64,000 nt of DNA. Source: Klebsormidium nitens. Its lineage: Eukaryota; Plantae; Klebsormidiophyceae. Each line of letters starts with the position of its first letter. Position 1 is the stretch's first letter. The notes below the pieces were generated by a model that was not told the DNA's origin, did not search any database, and saw nothing but the letters and a program-made list of their open reading frames with translations. The stretch lies in assembly GCA_000708835.1 (NCBI GenBank), contig DF237119.1, positions 98,364-162,363 of the forward strand, written 5' to 3'. Made by a program: the position numbers and the translations under genes. This document shows positions 59,501 to 64,000 of this stretch, piece by piece.

Positions 59501-61542
59501 AAGGCTGGTTAGCTTCCTATAGTTAGAGCTTACTATAGCTAAATCGAGGTTTATATCTGCAGGGTGGGAACGATTACGCTGTCATTCGTCTGGCTTTGAA
59601 GCGGGGGATCCCTTGGCAAGTGGCCAATCGTCTGGGCACCACCGTACAAGGTCGGCACGCCTGTTCATTATCTTTCCGTGGTCCCTCCTTCTCCTGCGTT
59701 CGTGAAGCTTTTTCCTTTTAGAAGCGCTCAAAGAGCTCTAACGTTATTAGTTCTTCTGGGATCTTCTGACTGCTCCATCCAATCGCTGTTTTCCCAAGCT
59801 ATCTCGCCGGACTTTGTATGACGGATGAGACTGACGCTTTCGGAGGGTGATCAGAACGCGCTTGCAAATCTGGTTCCTTCCAAAGGATGTCGGTCTTGTG
59901 ATCTCGCTCTTCTTGTTAGTGCTCTAAGTCGCGCGTGGGAAGGACAAAAGGTGGTGGGACCACTTGGAGCAAAACGACGTCTGAGTCCATACTAACGAAA
60001 AGGATATCTAGTTTGATGAACGTACTGGCCAGACGATCAGAAGGACGAGTCGGAAAAAGCTACGCAATAAGAACTTCGCGGTTGTCTGCAGATGCCGGAG
60101 CGCCGGTTGTCGTGTTCGAGCTGCGCTTGAGTGACTGGAGGAAGGTCGAGTCCTTCCCGGCATGGAGGGGCTCCTGCGGATCGTGCTCTTACGTGTAGGA
60201 CGCCTACTGCTTTCGTCACACTCGGCCTGTCGACTGCTATTGTGCTTGCTGAATCAATCAGAGGATTGTGGAGCCTAGCTTGTACCGTCCCTCTTTGTCC
60301 TTGTTAGCATGCTAAACAGCACCAAGGCTCAGAAAAGGGAAGCCTCTCCCGATCAAACGAGTGGACGGCGTGCCCACGCAACGGCTTTGTTAACTTCACA
60401 GTCTCACTTTCGTTTCGAAGTTCGGGACGCATACAGACGCTTAAATCAGAGGAGCTACTGCAAGAGATTGAGAGCGTGTGTCGACGTCGCGTTATTCGCG
60501 CGCTTCTAGCTTGACTTGTGTCCAAGATTTATGCCTCGCGACCTTTTTGACGGTGGATTGTGAGTCCCTGAGGCAGCTACAGGCGTCTTCTTAGACGCCA
60601 CACGGTTGAATCTGCTGCTCACCAATCCAGATCTGAGGCCGTTTTACGTTCACCGGTCTGAACAAGTGGATCTCATCTTCTTTTTAGTTACTTTTGTGAC
60701 CTCAGAAGAATTAACGAGCAAGAGCTCCTTGTAAGCTGTGTTTCCTAGGCTACATACATCAGTGCCCCGCTGCCGATCCTCGGTAGATTTCATGATGTTC
60801 AACTCTGACACACCCAGAAGGGAATTCTATTTGCAGTTACGCGTACTATCTGAAGGAACGGCGGGACTGCAACGAAGATGTTCGTGATTGGCTATGGAGG
60901 AGGTGAGACATCGTCACTCCTCTGTTTAGCGTAATTACCTATGTGGTCAGCAGACTGTCGTTGGGCACTTGCCAGCGTTTTGGTTTTCCTTGAAAAGCCC
61001 TTTATTTAGTTCTAGGCAATATTAGCGTGCTGGTACTTTGAAGTGAGCCTGATCTACCACAGAAGAAGTCTAAATAGGCCTTGTCTAAGCGGTGAGCAGC
61101 AGCGTACACGTACAAGACGCCAAAGCCCGCTGAAACACTTTTTGACAGCAGAAGCAGATTTCCCTCCTGCAGAGACGCTGAGTGGTTCGATAAAGACACG
61201 GCAAACCGTTGGCAGCTGGGTTCCAGGCCCGTCGCTCGAATGACTCGTCCGGCGACACCTGCTGACGCACCGGCTGACGCCATCACGGGCAAGGGTGGGA
61301 ACCGGGATACCCAACCGGGGGGAGCCGGAGGCGCGCAACGAGGGGAACCAAGTGCCCGGGGAAAAGCAGCCCGGGCAGTGGGCGAGGGATCCCCCCCCCT
61401 GACCCGGGGACAGCGCGCCGCCAGTCTGGGCGACCTGAATATTGACCCGCACACGGAAGTGATCGATCTGACGCTTGAAGCGTCGGACGGAGAAGGGGAG
61501 ACGATTTGGAGGAAAGAGAGGAAACGGCGGAGAGCTGGTTGA
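47547..61542 (+). CDS. Large SP-RING (zf-MIZ) SUMO E3-ligase-like protein, about 2020 aa, with two PH-like modules, 37-aa repeats and a C-terminal SIM
   Basis: The 15 phase-consistent GT-AG exons are 47547-48086, 48568-48678, 49121-49318, 49699-49849, 50543-53268, 53713-53946, 54764-54839, 55259-55361, 56076-56153, 56660-57674, 58458-58676, 59563-59650, 60092-60182 (weak donor), 60837-60902 and 61173-61542, summing to 6066 nt. The SP-RING reads LTCPVTLTRMQVPARSLACKHLECFD..WHCPICKK..LIVDKYVEKLL..ELVIRPDASW. The SIM reads EVIDLTLEASDGEGE. The SP-RING call is strong; the single-gene model is less certain. Confidence 0.75.
49280..49849 (+). other. SP-RING/zf-MIZ domain-coding segment (spans one intron)
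   Basis: The C-P..R..P-x-R..C-x-H-x-x-C-F-D..W-x-C-P-x-C spacing is the canonical PIAS/SIZ SP-RING pattern. Confidence 0.92.
57030..57560 (+). repeat. Five imperfect 111-bp (37-aa) coding tandem repeats
   Basis: The anchor GACGTCCG recurs at 57045, 57156, 57267, 57378 and 57489. The consensus peptide is roughly GAVEKDVRKEEKRSERDPRTAEGGPAGGGVRKEEAGK. Confidence 0.95.
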
Positions 61543-64000
61543 GAGAAGCTGGGACGATTCGGAATTGTCGTGCTGAGGAGAACGGTGGTGGTAAGTTCCG
61601 CGGAAGGGGCGTGTTGCAAAGTGGGCCTGATTTGGCGGAGCAAGCAGGAGTGGGAGCCGGCGGATCGCCGCAGAGGAACAAGAGAGGGCGTGCAAAAAAC
61701 GAGCGGTGTAGCAACGCAGTGAGGGGGGCCAGAGACGCAGACGGAGAGGAGGTGGGGGGATCGAATAGCCGGGGGGGGGGTTAAAGTTAGGATGCCACAG
61801 TATTGGAGCAGGGGGTAAGTCCTTCAGACATGGGGAAGACTCACTGCGAGATGCTGCCCTTTCTTTCAAAGTCCGCGTTCCTCAGCGCATAAGTCGGGGA
61901 GGAAGAACTCAGAAGTGGGTGTCCGGACTCCGTCAGTGTTACAAGGCCGAGAGCGAGGTCAAGAGTGGTTGGCAGTCGGAAGGGGCAATGGATTTTAACG
62001 GCTGCGTTCCAAGCGGGTCTGTTAGCAGATTGCGAGGGGACTCCCTCGGGTGAATCAACAGAGCTCTCGGCGGCCTTCAGGTATTAAGAGGGGTTCTGGA
62101 GGAACTCTACTGGACAGAAGGGAGTACGAGTTTCTTGCGACCCAGGGCCGTGCGATATGGACGGTTATCCCGAAAGATCTCAGTACGTCACTCCAGGACG
62201 AGGTACAAGCATCTCGGGAGCCTTGGTGTACGGAAAAGCTTCCATGCGGATCTTGGACCATGATTGATCAGTCAATGCATGCGTCATTGGGCATGACGCC
62301 GTCTCGGGGTCGTGTAGATGGAGATCCGTAGGCCCTGACTTCCTGAGGAAGTCGTCAAAACGTGTGGGTTGTCCTCTGCATGCCACTTCATCGAGGAGTG
62401 CAGCAAGGCCACCGCCCGCATCTACAAGCAGGGGTATGTCGTGGATGTTTGCTAGTCTGTCTGGTCCTTTGTAAAAACTGAATTAGCTTCTTGGAAGCCG
62501 CACCCAAATTATACGGCCATCAAGCATAAAGATTCTACAGTCTGCTCCTGAACGGGGCATAAGCTGCGGTCCGCTACTCTTCAGGGGCCGATGGTTATCG
62601 GTCGTGATGCATTTGGAGCCACCGGTCGATGACTTCACAATCATGGCGGCATGTAATGACGAAGAGTGTGTTTCAGGCTGAAGGTGTGCTGAATTTGCGG
62701 AATGTCAGCATCTTTTTAGTACCAACAAATCCATAAGCTGCAAACTTACGTTCCAACGATCTGCATAAGACACCGCAGCACAGAATCAGTCGTTCAATGC
62801 TTCATTTTCACCCTCAGTCTGGATCCAAGCTTGCCAAAAGAGATCATTGAGCATGACTGTTCTTGCCTGGGCTCTTGACGCTGGAAACGTATGTGCTCAA
62901 AATGGACGACTCATAATTTGTCACATGTAGTAATACAAGGTTGCCCGCCGTATTTATCATTGGCATGTTTCATGACGTCAAGAGTCAAGACCAAGTTGAC
63001 TGATTTCATCAAACGATATGACAGATTCGCTTGGGCTTTCTGACCGTACGATGGCTTTTGCCAAGCCTTCGACGGCTTGGAACTACCCGGTGACCTGCCT
63101 CAATGTGTGAATTTTGAAACTTGTAGGTAGTTAAAGTTGAGAACCAGCAGCACGTACGGTACTAACTGTCATACGGTACCGGTAGGGAATCTGGAATCTG
63201 CCATCCATCCGGCATCCAAGTTGAATCCAACCCCTCGTGCGGAACTTATTGGTTCGGCTGGGATTTTCAGTAACCCAGTAATCAACGGTCAAGAAGGCCA
63301 GTTAGTAGTATGTTAGAGCTGGAGTTTGATGAAGGTTAGTACGGTACCCCAGATTTTCGGTATGCTGATATGTATAGGATACCTAAATTAAAGATAGAAG
63401 CCAAGTCGAGAAAGGCCTGCTTGGCGTCAGCACAACACTCTCGCCCAATCAGACCGACGCTTTCAGGATTCCGGACGTCAGATGCGCTTTTGCTAGAATC
63501 CTGCCGAGGGTCTGCGCTCCATTCCTCTGGCGGTTTCGGAGCCAACTAACCATCTGTTGAACAGCATAAAATGGATCAACCAAAAAGCGCCACGTGTCCC
63601 CCCTTTTCGGCGAGACTCGCTGCCGCGCCGCACCTAGGTCGCCCAGAAAGCCTGTAGGTCACCACCGAACCGGCCGCTTGACCATTGCAAGCGGGTTACA
63701 AGTCACGGTTAATTTGCCGTCCGAACAAGAAATCGCTGTTCGAGCGAGTAGCGCGCGGGTGAAGCTTCGAAACGTATCTGGTGCATGGAGTGCTTGAGCA
63801 TCGATCAAACACGAGGTCTGTGCTTCCTGTCTCCTGTGGTCCTGCTAAGCACGGGTCAGAGAGTCTCGGCACCTGTTGTGTCGACGAGTCCTCGTCATTC
63901 AATTACCACCTCAGGCGCAAGCAATCTCCGCGTCTGCGAGGTTCCTTTGCAATACATTCATCACGGGGCTGGGTATCAGCACTCTCCTCTCCTCTTTGCG

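Noticed and set aside
62050-63545. Fragments suggestive of a degraded transposase or the exon of a further gene
   Set aside because: There are stops in all frames and no catalytic motif or terminal repeat that can be identified with confidence.

Overview
This is eukaryotic, intron-rich genomic DNA with GT-AG introns, GC-rich exons and one 298-nt N gap. The gene set and intron style suggest a streptophyte green alga such as Klebsormidium (inference). Reading left to right, the window holds: (1) the 3' end of a plant-type golgin (GC3/GC4, GRAB domain) with a tandemly duplicated micro-exon; (2) a GC-rich gene of an unnamed family with a frame break; (3) two convergent paralogous genes for triple C4 zinc-ribbon proteins with possible mitochondrial presequences; (4) an array of eight 4-exon universal stress protein (USP) genes over about 35 kb, oriented - - + - + - + -, giving three head-to-head pairs, with a conserved ATP-binding scaffold and a hypervariable second exon; and (5) a roughly 14-kb, 15-exon gene for a protein of about 2020 aa. 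That protein combines an SP-RING (zf-MIZ) SUMO-ligase finger, long disordered exons, two internally duplicated 4-exon modules resembling the SENP6/7-type PH-like domain, five 37-aa repeats and a PIAS-type VIDLT SIM. All gene models were assembled by hand from splice signals and frame continuity. No database searches were run. No rRNA, tRNA, CRISPR array or intact transposon could be supported.
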